This document shows, piece by piece, positions 15,352 to 26,701 of a stretch of DNA of 64,000 nt; positions within the stretch are counted from its first letter, which is position 1; each line of letters starts with the position of its first letter. The DNA is from Octopus vulgaris (Eukaryota). The translations under genes were made by a program, and so were the position numbers. Below the pieces are notes generated by a model, which had not been told where the DNA came from, did not search any database, and saw nothing but the letters and a program-made list of their open reading frames with translations. Location: assembly GCA_951406725.2 (NCBI GenBank), contig OX597816.1, forward strand, positions 136,400,001-136,464,000, given 5' to 3'.

Positions 15352-17538
15352 TGGAAAAAGAAAAAGGGTAACTTCACTGGTAGTTCTAATCAGTTTAATT
15401 TATTATTTTATATGTTTATAAATGTATACATACACATGCAAACACATATATACAAACTCATGTGCATATGTTTTTTTTATGTGTATGTTATTGCTTTAAT
15501 TGCAATCTACAAACTAAAATGTAAAATTTATATTATTAAAAAAAATTTTTAATAATAAATTAAACTGATTAAAACTACCAATGGAGTCTTTTTTCAAATA
15601 TAACTGTACCAAGGATCTCACACAATTTCCAATATATATATGTGTGTGTTCACATACACACACACACACTCTCTCTCTCCTCTCTCTCCCCTCTCTCTCT
15701 ATATATATATAGATATATATATATATCTTTATATATATAAAACTGAGAATGTGTGTCTGTCTGTGTGTTTCCCTAAAACTTGAGAACTACACAACCAATT
15801 TCATTCAAATTTTACACATGCCTTACTTAGGGTCCATGTAGTTGCATGGGCAAAAAAAATGTTCAACTTCTTGCCTAGAGCGAGCCCATAGCAATACCAT
15901 ATCTTCTCCACTATTTCAGTATTACGTGTTAAAAGTGAAACAAAAACATTTCTTTATTTTATATCAGATACTTTCACTTTAACAATAAAAATAATAATAA
16001 CAATTGAATTATATGTAGTAAGTAATAATTAAAATCAAACTAAAGTATAATATAATCGTAACATAACAAAAGTAAAAGTAACAATTGGTATAAAATTGCA
16101 TCAATGAATAAGTGGTTTCCCATGAATGGGAATAAATTAAAAATAAAATTAGCGTGCAGAAATGGAATAGTCCAGATGGATAATAAAAAATGAAATTAAA
16201 GAAAAGACTATTGTCTATAAAGTATACAATGTAGAGAAAAACGAAGATTTGAACACATGGAGGAAAGCACCTTCGAAAAGTATCTAACCAGAGGCGGTAA
16301 ATTCGCCACAATAGAAGCAAGGTTCGAGTCAACGGAGCGTGCAATGGAGTACTCGACTCAAACTTGCGAAGTGGAAATATTTTACCTTTATATCTGGGAC
16401 ATAGGACGTCCCGGAAAAAAATTTTTAATGCCCCCCCCCCCCCCCATATGTATATGTTGTATTGTGGGTATATATGTAGACTGAGTTATATTACATAATC
16501 TCCGAAGAGGCCTTATGATATTTTTGTAAATGTCTCATTTATATCTATATATTGACCAACCATAAAGGGCTAATACTGGTAAAATGAGACATACTTATCT
16601 ACATGGCCGAAACAGCTGTAAGATGTAACCTATACTTATATTTATATTTACTTATATTTATATTCTCTTTTATATATATTCTACTTATTATACAACATTT
16701 CTCTTTTATGTACACTTTTTTATGTTTAACCCTACAATCTCTTATGTGGTGGTTTAATAAAGTATGTGATTGAGTATTATCTGATAATTGATATTTGATT
16801 TAGATGTATTTCTCCATTTTCTTATCTTGTATTAGTAATTTGTGGTAAATCATTTTACCTTTGCCCATATAATACAGTAATTGAATTGATTGCATTGCAA
16901 TCATTAACATTTATGTATTAACTTTGTTGGGTACTTCACTAGCAGTATATTGGATATATGTTATCCCATGAGGGTTGCAATTACAACCCCTATCTTAATT
17001 TGTATATATATATATATATTCAGACTTACAGTTTCCAGCCACCATTTCCATTCACAAAGCATTGGTTGGTCCAAGAATAATGTAGAAAATCACTTAAAAC
17101 ACTTGCTCACAGTGTCAAGAAACAGGATAGAACCTGAGACCACATGATAACAAAATGAACTTTGTATCCACTCAGCTATGCCTGTAGTTAAATAATTTAT
17201 TAAGAGGAATGCAAAAATCTTGCACTTTTCATACCAGTTTTAGTGTAAGTGTGTCTGTGTGTGTGTCTGTCTGTCTGTTGATAAGTGTGTCAAGCAAGAA
17301 AACAAGCATTTGAAAGTTATTTCATGTGTTGGGCAGTTATTTTCATTATGCTTTCTGAAAATTATAATTATTTGAAATAATAATATTAGCTGTGCTTCAG
17401 TATCGTACCCATAAAAAGATTGATAAATTCATTTCTATCAATAATTATTGATTATTTATTTGAACTCTTCCTAAAATTCTGATTGATAACCATTTGTTTG
17501 TTTGTTTGTTTGTTTAATTAGATGAATCACCAAGATAA
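981..17538 (+). CDS. Uncharacterised single-pass membrane protein (transmembrane-adaptor-like); spliced CDS join(981..1078,7128..7396,8368..8493,11329..11931,13147..13230,14719..14802,17522..17538)
   Basis: All exons have pyrimidine-tract AG acceptors and GT donors (one GC), and they join in frame (phases 2,1,1,1,1,1), giving 1281 nt / 426 aa if both 84-nt exons are used. The N-terminus MENEKVIIVLIVCVCLILIIVIVSAVIFYFCCG is followed by PRSKRKRR. Upstream coding exons outside the window cannot be excluded. Confidence 0.75.
1192..1406. mobile_element. piggyBac-like MITE (TTAA-flanked); further copies at ~12478-12675, 36501-36720, 46057-46753 (with nested SINE), ~54990-55187, 61498-61716, 63251-63463
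   Basis: ttaa-c(c/a)ctttagcatt ... aatgctaa(a/t)ggg-ttaa termini; shared ~215-nt internal sequence. Confidence 0.75.
2317..2561. mobile_element. hAT (Charlie/Buster-type) MITE
   Basis: Imperfect TIR caaccattctcaacc / ggttgagaaacactg; perfect 8-bp TSD atttatac (2309-2316, 2562-2569). Confidence 0.85.
3150..3620 (-). pseudogene. Degenerate LINE apurinic-like endonuclease fragment
   Basis: ORF 3090..3494 has IIISDFDGHN (GDFN-like) and GFSDHCII (SDH) motifs. Confidence 0.55.
3662..3871. mobile_element. hAT-type MITE
   Basis: cagg..gggttgaggaac / gttcaccaacccccg termini; flanks tgttagat/cattagat consistent with a CpG-decayed 8-bp TSD. Confidence 0.55.
4449..5506 (-). mobile_element. Helitron 3' part: PIF1-family helicase C-terminus (frameshifted) plus 3' terminus
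   Basis: IVTPTNE, YPIEFINKLTPSGFP, RLRNLDATNGHCNGTR, FPVKPAFVLTCNKTQGQT, FSHGQQYVALSRV; minus-strand hairpin at ~4459-4477 followed by CTGG|t at 4449. Confidence 0.9.
6838..7090 (+). mobile_element. tRNA-derived SINE; related copies at ~5546-5795(+), 43994-44300(+), 49630-49875(-), 50347-50670(+)
   Basis: A-box tggcttagtggtta and B-box ggtttcgattcc in the head; shared body. Confidence 0.75.
7128..7396 (+). CDS. Gene 1 exon 2
   Basis: tgtag|a acceptor; reads PRSKRKRRNQNFNNLPAV...MPNVTN; donor g|gtaaga; overlaps ORF 7180..7434. Confidence 0.75.
8368..8493 (+). CDS. Gene 1 exon 3
   Basis: tttttcag|ca; AQGRYVYEGNLRMYHSQQIPDMMGNYREPRAYYNDGFILSHA; cag|gtaaac. Confidence 0.75.
9533..9812. mobile_element. 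MITE with cagtgg TIRs
   Basis: cagtggtggcttgta ... catgagctgccactg inverted termini; no clear TSD. Confidence 0.5.
11329..11931 (+). CDS. Gene 1 exon 4 (Ser-rich disordered region)
   Basis: aacag|gt; 603-nt open frame containing ORF 11391..11972; phase-1 donor ag|GCaagt. Confidence 0.8.
11979..12420 (+). mobile_element. Tandem copies of the 'aaggcggcgagctggcagaa' SINE family; also ~14208, 41045, 50862, 52661, 54765, 59586
   Basis: Repeated ttctgagttcaaattc...actttgcctttcatcc...gataaaataagtaccag core. Confidence 0.75.
13147..13230 (+). CDS. Gene 1 exon 5a (84 nt, duplicated)
   Basis: ttgcag|gt; GQKVTTQAFEFLDSYLSDDDADKQKDTI; a|gtgagt. Confidence 0.75.
14719..14802 (+). CDS. Gene 1 exon 5b (84 nt, paralogue of 5a)
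   Basis: ttgcag|gt; GQNVTTQAFEFLDNYLSDDEVEKQKDNT; t|gtaagt. Confidence 0.75.
15726..16440 (+). mobile_element. Helitron-like 5' end, non-autonomous; second copy ~25735-26030
   Basis: tc-(t/a)tatatatataaa..gagaatgtgtgtctgtctg start and ~250 nt shared between the two copies. Confidence 0.5.
16491..16628 (+). ncRNA. Minimal type I hammerhead ribozyme-like motif in a Penelope-like LTR remnant
   Basis: atct-CCGAAGA-ggcc...ggcc-GAAA-cagctg-TA-agat: stem I, core with a U4C variant, stem II, palindromic stem III, GUA cleavage triplet. Confidence 0.6.
17522..17538 (+). CDS. Gene 1 putative terminal coding exon (xESPR*), followed by probable 3'UTR
   Basis: (tttg)n tract then ttag|at gaa tca cca aga TAA; phase matches; AATAAA at ~17922. 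Confidence 0.55.
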
Positions 17539-18761
17539 TAGTACCAGCTACTGAGACAATTCACTTTCATCTTGATTTGGTATCAAGCCAAAGTCCAGGA
17601 ATTGGCTGAGTTACCCATAGTCACTCGAACCTGTATTGTTGCAGTTCAATGCAGAATGTGATCATTGAATTATTTTAAATTTTTCTGTCTGCTTCATATG
17701 ACATTGGACGCAGTGTAAAGATTATAATTTCACAACCCGGTTTGATGGTGACTTGTCTGAACAATACATTGGTTGATTATAATATTGGCCTTACATACAC
17801 AACAGGAAGATATCATTACACATCACATACTGAAATAACATTTGAAGCGTGAAACATTTTGAACATTTTTACATTGCAAACATGTCATTATACTGTATAT
17901 ATACATATATATTTATGATTTAATAAAATAAATTTGTCATCTGTGTATATAGATGTGTGTGTGTGTGTGTGAGAGAGAGAGAGCAAGTTATTAAATAATC
18001 TTACATTCCAATGTGTCACTACACTGTATATAAAGAATGACTTATCAAACAGAAATTCTTTATATATGTGTATGTGTATGAATATATGTATGTATATATG
18101 TTTATAAATGTATACATACATGCACAAACACATATATAAAAACTCATGTGCATGTGTGTTTTTTTTTACATCTGTGTTATTGCTTTAATTGCAATCTTTG
18201 AACTTGTGTTGCTGTTCTTGGAAACTTTTGTTTACAATGTTTGTCTCTGTAATCAAACTAAGCAAATCAATATATATAACTCTTAATATTTCTCTCTCTG
18301 GAGAATATTCTTGGTAAATACTTCTTTTTTACTTTGAACAATTCCAACTCTTCAGCTCTTTGGAAGCTTAATATTTTTTTTCCAATGTGTTTGAGACATA
18401 AGCAAAAATATTATACATATTTATATTAATATTTACTAAATATATCTATAATATTCCATTGGGTTGTTGAAATAACAGCAACAGTGCATGATAATACATT
18501 AACTGTATATTTGGAAATATAGAACTAGCTTTATAGGAATAACCGACAAGGTTTACAATAAATAGCTGATAATTCAGTAAACTGCTGCAGAAAATGACAG
18601 TTATTAATTCCTCAAAGTATCAAAATCTCATAAGTCTTTTTCCCCCTTCAGTAAAATCCTGGAACTGCTGTAAAAGAAAACACAGATGACATTTTGCATA
18701 TTGCTAATGCCATCTTTCAATCTTTTTTTTTCTTTATTATTTAGTAGATTAAAAAAATATG

Positions 18762-19000
18762 TAACCCTTTTGATACCAACCTGCCAAAAACTGCCCTTAT
18801 TTCTATGGTACAAACTTCCTGTTTTGACTGTTTTGAAACAATCTAAATCTAAACCTTCCATCAAAATTTCATGTTCATTTATATTCCAGACACCAGCTTA
18901 ATTATGATAAAGTTAGTTTACTAAATTCTTCCATTGGTTTCAAAATCAATTGAAATAAAGGTAGAGTATTTGAACGGAAATATTGGAACAAAGGGGTTAA
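18762..19000. mobile_element. piggyBac-like MITE (second family)
   Basis: taa-cccttttgatacca ... ggaacaaagggg-ttaa. Confidence 0.5.
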
Positions 19001-20343
19001 AATATTAAGCTCTTTCCCATATTATTTTGTATCCTGCCATTTATTGTTAGAGAAATCAAATGAAGACTTCAGGGCTTCCATAATATCCATCATATTGCTG
19101 ATATAAACCACATCAAAAGTGATCTGGTGAAGTATATTGACAAATGAAACTGCTATCCTTTACCAGAATGATGAGTAATAATGCACATAACAACTCATTT
19201 CTGTATCTTGTATTTGAATGACTGTCAAATAAATCAGTATTTTGTGTGAAAACCTGCTCACTATCAAATCATTTAGTGCTGTTGGAAGGAGTTATGATTA
19301 CTATTATTATGACTTCCAAATATAGGGAGTAGTTAAATCACTTGCTCTCTTTAAACTTTAAACTAACTGTTGCCATGTAAAACTGTTGAAAAATGTAATT
19401 TACTTCAGTTCAACCTTAATGAGGGCGTTAAAATTGCTCAAACATTTTTGTAACTCAAGATTTTCATAAAATGTCTGTATGACCAAAACAAAAAGAATTA
19501 AAAAAATTTACAGGAATGTTTGTTTTTGGAGTTATTTTTGCATTTCATTTCTATTGTTCTATTTTAAATAATGTCAACTGAAAATTCTGTATCATGTTAA
19601 ATACAACTTTAATCTTTGGGGGGGTTTTCTTTGAAACTTCTTGATTCTAGGTTTTATTTCTAAGTTTGGAGGTTCCTTTCTTTTATGTTTGACCAAATGA
19701 GCTATGAGAACTAGGTCATTAGCATACAGGAGTTCTCATGAATAACCAGTCTTAAATTCCTCTGTTATGGCTGGAAGGACTATAACAAACTGAAAATGAT
19801 TAAGAATTAAGTCCTGATGGATACCACCCTGCACCCTAAATTCCTTGAACTAATTCTTATTGAAGGCACCTCCATATTTGTATAGCAGTCATAAACCATT
19901 TTTCTATCCCTAGTTTTCTTAACAACCACCCTACTACAGTGTAAGGAACTCTGTTAAAGAGCTTCTCATGACAAAGGTGGGTGTCAGTGGTACTCTATTC
20001 TAGCATAAACCCAAACTGCATCTCATCTGGACTTTTTTTTTTCTAAGCAGTTGTGTTATAACTTTTTCAGTAATTTCATAATCTAATCCATCAGTTTTAT
20101 ACCTCTGTAGTCACTTCTTTCTAAAATATTTCTTTTACCCTTGTAATCATTAAGGATAATACATCTATGCCATCATTGGATATGACACTTTCCTATATTA
20201 TCTGATTGGACATGCATGTGATTAGCATGCAACCTGCCTCCCTGGGTATCTCAAGCAGTCTTGGGAAGCATTGTACTGGAGAGGATCTGTCCAATCCATC
20301 TAAGCATGGTAAAGTGGTTGCAAAAATTTATGGAGACTGGGAC

Positions 20344-20930
20344 ACATAATCAGCTATACCCGATTTATCAATATCTCCTCATATCACAGCTTTGCGATGT
20401 TCCTCTACCTTTAAATCGAGTATAGCTGATTATGTATGGAAAAATGGAGACCACCTCCCCCTGTGGGATGAAGTTAAAATAATAGACAGAGAACGCCACT
20501 GGAAAATATGAAAACTAAAAGAAGCAGCACATATGCTAGGACACAACAACCTCCTAAGCAGACTGAGTGCAGATATGAATAGCATATGAGAACCAGTATT
20601 AAGGAAGGATAGGAAAATATTAGATTCATAATCCCTAAAAATTCACTCCATAATTGCCCACGGGCATATGGCATAGTAGTTAAGGCACGAGCTACTAACC
20701 CCAAGATTCCGAGTTCGATCACAGACAGTGACCTGAATAATAATAATAATAATAATAGCATAAAAAAAATACCTTAGGAATGAGAACCCAAGTTCGAAAT
20801 TTCCCCAAGACACCTGATGAAGGCTGGAGGGCATATCAGCTGTAACATTGTGTTAACAACAAACAAGATGAGGACAAATATCTGTCAAATGTAAATAATG
20901 TTCATAATTCCTCATCTCTTAAATATAGAA
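20344..20930 (+). mobile_element. Penelope-like retroelement 3' fragment (GIY-YIG endonuclease C-terminus, tRNA-like segment, hammerhead remnant)
   Basis: 20413..20631 reads KSSIADYVWKNGDHLPLWDEVKIIDRERHWKI*KLKEAAHM...MNSI*EPVL; inverted 24-bp duplication at the 5' junction; CTGATGA at 20814. Confidence 0.8.
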
Positions 20931-21659
20931 CTGTACAAACCTATATTGCTCTCCATAATCCTCACACATTACTCCCTTTTCTATCACTCAACATTCATCA
21001 CATCTCCCAGTAGTCATGCTCTCTCTCATCACTCCCTCACTTCTAATAATCCTTCTGCTATCTCTGTATTTCCCTTCCATCATTCTTCTATCAGCTTTCT
21101 GGTGGTGGTGTTAGAGAGGAATCATGGGGTAGTTAGGACTCTTAAGTCTTGCAGGGAAGACTAGCTGATGCTAGGAAGGGCATCCAACTGTAGAAACTGT
21201 ATCAAAAATGGAATATACAAATGAGACATGGTCCTTGACCTGTTTGGGAGGACAATAACTCTGAGAACTGAGCCAGACTGACTTGCTCAGACCATGCTAG
21301 CATAGAAAGGAGAAGGGGTACTGTTGCTGAGGAAGATAATGTGCATCCAGTTGTAGAAAATTTGCCTCAACACATCTTGTCCAACCCATGCAAACATGGT
21401 AAAGTGGACATTAAAATGCTGCTGCTGCTGATCATACACTTCCCCCAAATTTAGTGTCCAGTCTTAGAAATCAATATAACTAACCGAAGCCAGAGTGTCC
21501 CTTCAAATTTGTAATGGTTATACAATAATTAGAGATCTATACAATGTTGGGCCACTGCTATAAGTTAATTGCGAATTTAACACTGTTTATATGCATTTTA
21601 TGATGATGGCAAGGAAGTGGAGGTGAATTGTGATATAAAGAGAAGAAAGAGGTGACAGA

Positions 21660-21840
21660 TAAGGATCAGATAAAAAGATAGAAGAGAGGAAGATAATGAT
21701 GACAGGGATGATAATGAGAAGAAGAAGGATGATGATGATGATGATGATGATAAGGATGACGATGATGATGATGATGTAAAAGATGAAAAGGAGGAGGTAG
21801 ACAAGAGTGAAAAAGATGATGTTGAGGGAGATATCCTTGA
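21660..21840. repeat. GA/GAT-rich low-complexity tract
   Basis: (gat)n and purine-rich repeats. Confidence 0.8.
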
Positions 21841-24800
21841 CTAACATGTATTGTCTTTGTGAAACAAAAAGAAATGTTTGCCAAACAAACTTTGGAGAGA
21901 GAGAGAGAGAGAAATAGTAAGTGAAATAAAAGTGAGGTAGGATGTCAGATAGTGAAAGAGAAAGGGAGAGTTGAAAGTATGATCAGCCATTTAAAGTGTG
22001 TGCATAAAGAGAAGAGTGTGAATAATAAAAAATTAAATGAAACTTTTCAATAATAAGACAAAAAAATACAGATGATATATAGGAAGTTGTAAACAATGTA
22101 GTCCTCAAAAGACCTGGATTATTTCAATAGTGAATATAATCAATGATGAACATAATAATGTAGGTATGAAGCGTTTCAAAGATGCATACATTGACTGCTA
22201 GCTTGATAAAAGGTCTCAGATTTAAGATACGTGTATAGTTGATTAAATATCAGTACACAACTGGTATCTAACTTCATTAGAGCACAGACGGTTGATAGGC
22301 AAAGTCAAGGCCAATGAAATCGGCTGAAATGTTTATATATAGAAATTGTTTCCCCAAACATCAGTGAAGCATGCTATGGTATAGATCCATATATAGCTCA
22401 GCTGTCTAGCTGCTGTTGTATATTATAGGTAGATGTAGATAGGCAGGGGATGGGGTGATATATTTAATGCATGAAGCTTTAATAAAACTATTCAAGATAA
22501 ATTTGTGTAGAGAAAAAGATATAATTAGTTGTGATTAATAGACATTTTTTTTTTCAGTAAATATGGGAGATAACCCCAGACATATTTTTGCCATTTTGGT
22601 AGTTTCTGCAATGATTCCTGGAGCTCATAACATACCTAAGATATACTGTTTGAATAAAAGACAAGTCGCTTATAGCCAGAATGCTATTGTTTAATGATTA
22701 GCTCGATTATGTATTGATCTGGGACTAAATGGCACAACCACTTCAGCTACCAGAAATCATGCTAGTTTCTGGTAATTGAAGTAGTTTCATTATGGTTGTT
22801 ATGGAGTGGTTATGTCACCTAGTCCCACATAAGCTTCTCAATAGAACTCACCTTTATATATGGATTTGGATGCAAGTTTCAGGAATGTTTGGCCTCATGA
22901 CTAGCACAAACTGATTAGATTTTGGGATCAATCCAATACCAGACAAGCCTTCTGGATTATTTTTCCAGTTTTTTTTTTACTTAATGTTTGTGAGTAGTTG
23001 GGTTCATTTTTAGTATTCTCGTTTGTGAGGGCAGTCAAGTTTATTTCAGATATTCTCAACGCTCTCATAATGCAACACATTGTAATTTAGGTTCAAATTG
23101 AAAGTGTGAAACTATTTTCATTTTCTAATGAAACCTGATAGTTTTAGAGAAATGTATTTGAAGTAATTATAGCTGGTTATTGAAATAACATTGAAAATAT
23201 GTAAATGAAAATAAAGTTTAATTGATGAGATTGTTCTGGTCTTAACATCAGTTGGTAAGAATAGAAGTCATTTGACGACACCTTTTTGCTTGTAATTGGC
23301 TATCCTGTTGCAGGTTCAATACATGGGATATTGAAACGATACCCATCTTGTCCCTTTCACAGAAGAGCATAATAAGAAGGATGAGTCTGTGAAACATGTT
23401 TAAGGTTGTTATCTCAAACACGAAAGAGAATATCATGATTTTCATGGAGATCACCAACCATAAGGATGGCTACTTCATTAGATGTAGGCTCATTAAAACA
23501 GCGTAAAATGATCTTTACTATAGTTTACTATAGATGTAAGGAACGCAGAAACATACTCATAGAATTGATAATATTGGAAACAGCAAAATGTACACATATG
23601 AAGTTCAAGTGAAACGAAATGTAGTCAATATAGGTGCAAAACATACTTTTTGTAGCATAGTTATGCTATAAAAAAATGGAAAGTCACCAATTTAGCAAAA
23701 GTTAATATGCATCACCAATGTAAGAAAGTACAGAAAGTCAACATTTATTTGGAACATGTACTAAATGTTATAAAATTCATGATTTAATATCACAGTGAAG
23801 AAAATGAAAGTCCAAGAAAATTCAGAAAACATATTCAATTTTTCATTAAAAAATTATTTATTTTACAATTTTGAAATGAACACTGAACCAAGTATATAGA
23901 AAAGAAGATGCTGTTGTTGTAATGTTAATTTAAAATATTTGCTGAAAGATGTATGTAGCAAGATATAAATTAATTTGACATTACTGCATATTTTTTGACT
24001 GTGTAATGTTACAGGCTATAGAATAAATTCTGACTAATGCAGTAAAAAGGTTGTGCAACATTGATACTCACAGTCATGAGCAAGCTTGGGAGGACTGTTA
24101 AAAATTATCTTGAAACTGGTTAGAAGGAGTGGAATAAAATTTCTGTAATTACATTGAAAGAGCTGCTGAGGCGTTCTACTTCGCCAAGTTTCCGAATTTT
24201 TTATAATAATCAGAATAACATTTTTTTTCAGATATATTTGCAAGTATTTTGAGTGGTATTAAATCAGCCAAATTTTCATGTTGATAGTACTTCAAAGTAA
24301 ATGCTGTTATTCGTTTAATGTCCAGGCCACAACTAAACTTGCAATATTGGTGTGTTTCACTGTTGGGCGGGAAAAAGTTACATACATAAACAAACACACA
24401 CACACATAAACACACACACACATAAACACACACACACACACACATTAATGCACACCTGAAGCCTCTCTCTGTCCCTGTGTGTTGGTCGTCACAAAAATGT
24501 ATGTAAACTGACAGACACATAAACCATTACACACATATGCTTGTCAGTCATCAGCCTAATGTAGGTAACAAACGCACAAACACACTCACATAGAAAATGT
24601 GACGTCATTGTAGTTGTAGTGGTGCTATAAAATGTTGTTTATGATAGGTGACTAAAAGAAAAATGACAATGTTAAATTTTTGTAATGCAAATATGTGTAT
24701 GAAAATATAGTTTAGTTGGTAGCCAAAAGCCTACTGAATTTTTTGATATCCCATACGTCAAAATCGGCAACTCAGTTTTGGAATGCATAAGGAACATACA

Positions 24801-25143
24801 TTCACATACAAACACATACAAATTCTCTCTTACACTGACACTTTAACAACAATTTGGAGTAGTTTGTTATATTTGACTCAAGTCAAAAATCTGGTACCAT
24901 ACACCACTTCTTAGCATAACATGATATATATATATATATAGCTGAAGGATTAAAATTAATCAAAGGACATACTAAGTATGTCTACCTACTTAGTATGTCT
25001 TTTGATTAATTTTAATCCTTCAACTATTTAATGCTTGTTTGGACATGCAATCACCTATATTATTGATTCTTTTATTATCATTTTTAATTGTTACACTAGA
25101 TAATAACAGAGTCAATAATATCTTTGTGTGTGTATATGTGTGT

Positions 25144-25189
<46 letters not shown>

Positions 25190-26311
25190 CAGGCTTCTTT
25201 CAGTTTCCAGCTATCAAATCCACTCACAAGGCCTGGGACTCTAGTAGAAGACTTGCCCAAGGTGCCACACTGTGAGACTGAACTCAAGACCACGTGGTTG
25301 GAGAGAAGCACCTAGTATACTTTTATAAAATTAACAGCATCAATCAAGACCAAAACATGTCTGTAGTTGTCACATATATTAGTATCGTCTGCAAAAATAT
25401 CATAATACATTTGATATTTCAGGAAAATCATCATCATCATCATCATTTTAACATCCACTTTTCAATGCTTCCATTGCTCAGATGGAATCCATCAAGGCAG
25501 ATTTTCTATGGCTAAATGTCCTTCCTGTCACCAACTCTCACCTGTTTCTAAGCAAAGTATTCTTCCCCCAAAGCCAGACATGTTTTCATGGAAGACTGAA
25601 AATGAGGGACACTACCTGCATAATGATGATGCTCATTTTATATTTATTGCATAATGTCAAAACAAAGGGACACAAAATCACATATACATATATGAGGGGG
25701 TGCTGAAAAATTCCTGGTTTAATCTATCTCTCTATCTATATATATAAAGATGAGAATGTGTGTGTCTGTCTGTCTGCCTGTGTGATTCCCTAAAACTCAA
25801 GAACTACACAACCAATTTCATTCAAATTTTACATATGCCTTACATAGGGTCCATATAGTGTCATGAACTTCTTGCCTAATGCAAGCCCAGAGCAATCTCT
25901 TATCTCTTCCACTATTTCAGTATTATCTATCAAAAGTGAAACAATAACATCTCTATTGTAATGTGAGATAATACTTTTACTTTAATAGTTTCACAATTAA
26001 TATTGAAACTGTTAAAGTGAAACTATTATCTTACATATATACAAGCATACATAAATACATACATACATACATACATACATTATGGCTGCCCCCTCGTTAT
26101 CGAGTATGGCCATTGCACGAAGCTTAACTGTTACTGGTGCTGTGATCGAATGTGACATTTTAGGCCAGCTAAAGATCTACAATGTCTTGTACAGAATTGG
26201 CAACTAATACCTTTACCAATACATACTTACATACATAAATACATACATGCATGCATGCATGCATGCATGCATGCATACATACATACATACATACATACAT
26301 ACATACATACA

Positions 26312-26343
<32 letters not shown>

Positions 26344-26661
26344 AGAATGTCTGTCTGTGTGAATCCCTAATGCATGGATTTCCTAGACAGAAACTGAAAG
26401 AAATCAATTGTATATGTATGTATATCTGTTTGTGTTTCTCCCTCATCACTGCTTGACAACTGCTGTTAGTTTATTTACATCCCCATAACTTACTGGTTTG
26501 ACAAGAAGAGACTGATAGAATAAGTACCAGGCTTATCAAAATATTAAAAAACACTGCGGTCGATTCATTCAGCAAAAAATTCTTCAAGGCAGTGTCTCAT
26601 ATCTTTGTTTGCTCACTCAGTTGTACCTATCAATCTATCTTTCTGTGTATGTATGTGTGTG

Positions 26662-26701
<40 letters not shown>

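Noticed and set aside
20509-20589. In-frame TGA codons in the Penelope ORF as selenocysteine
   Set aside because: They fall where Arg (CGA) and Trp (TGG) are expected, so ordinary decay explains them
21587-21884. Poly-His/Ser/Ile ORFs
   Set aside because: Translations of a (gat)n low-complexity tract
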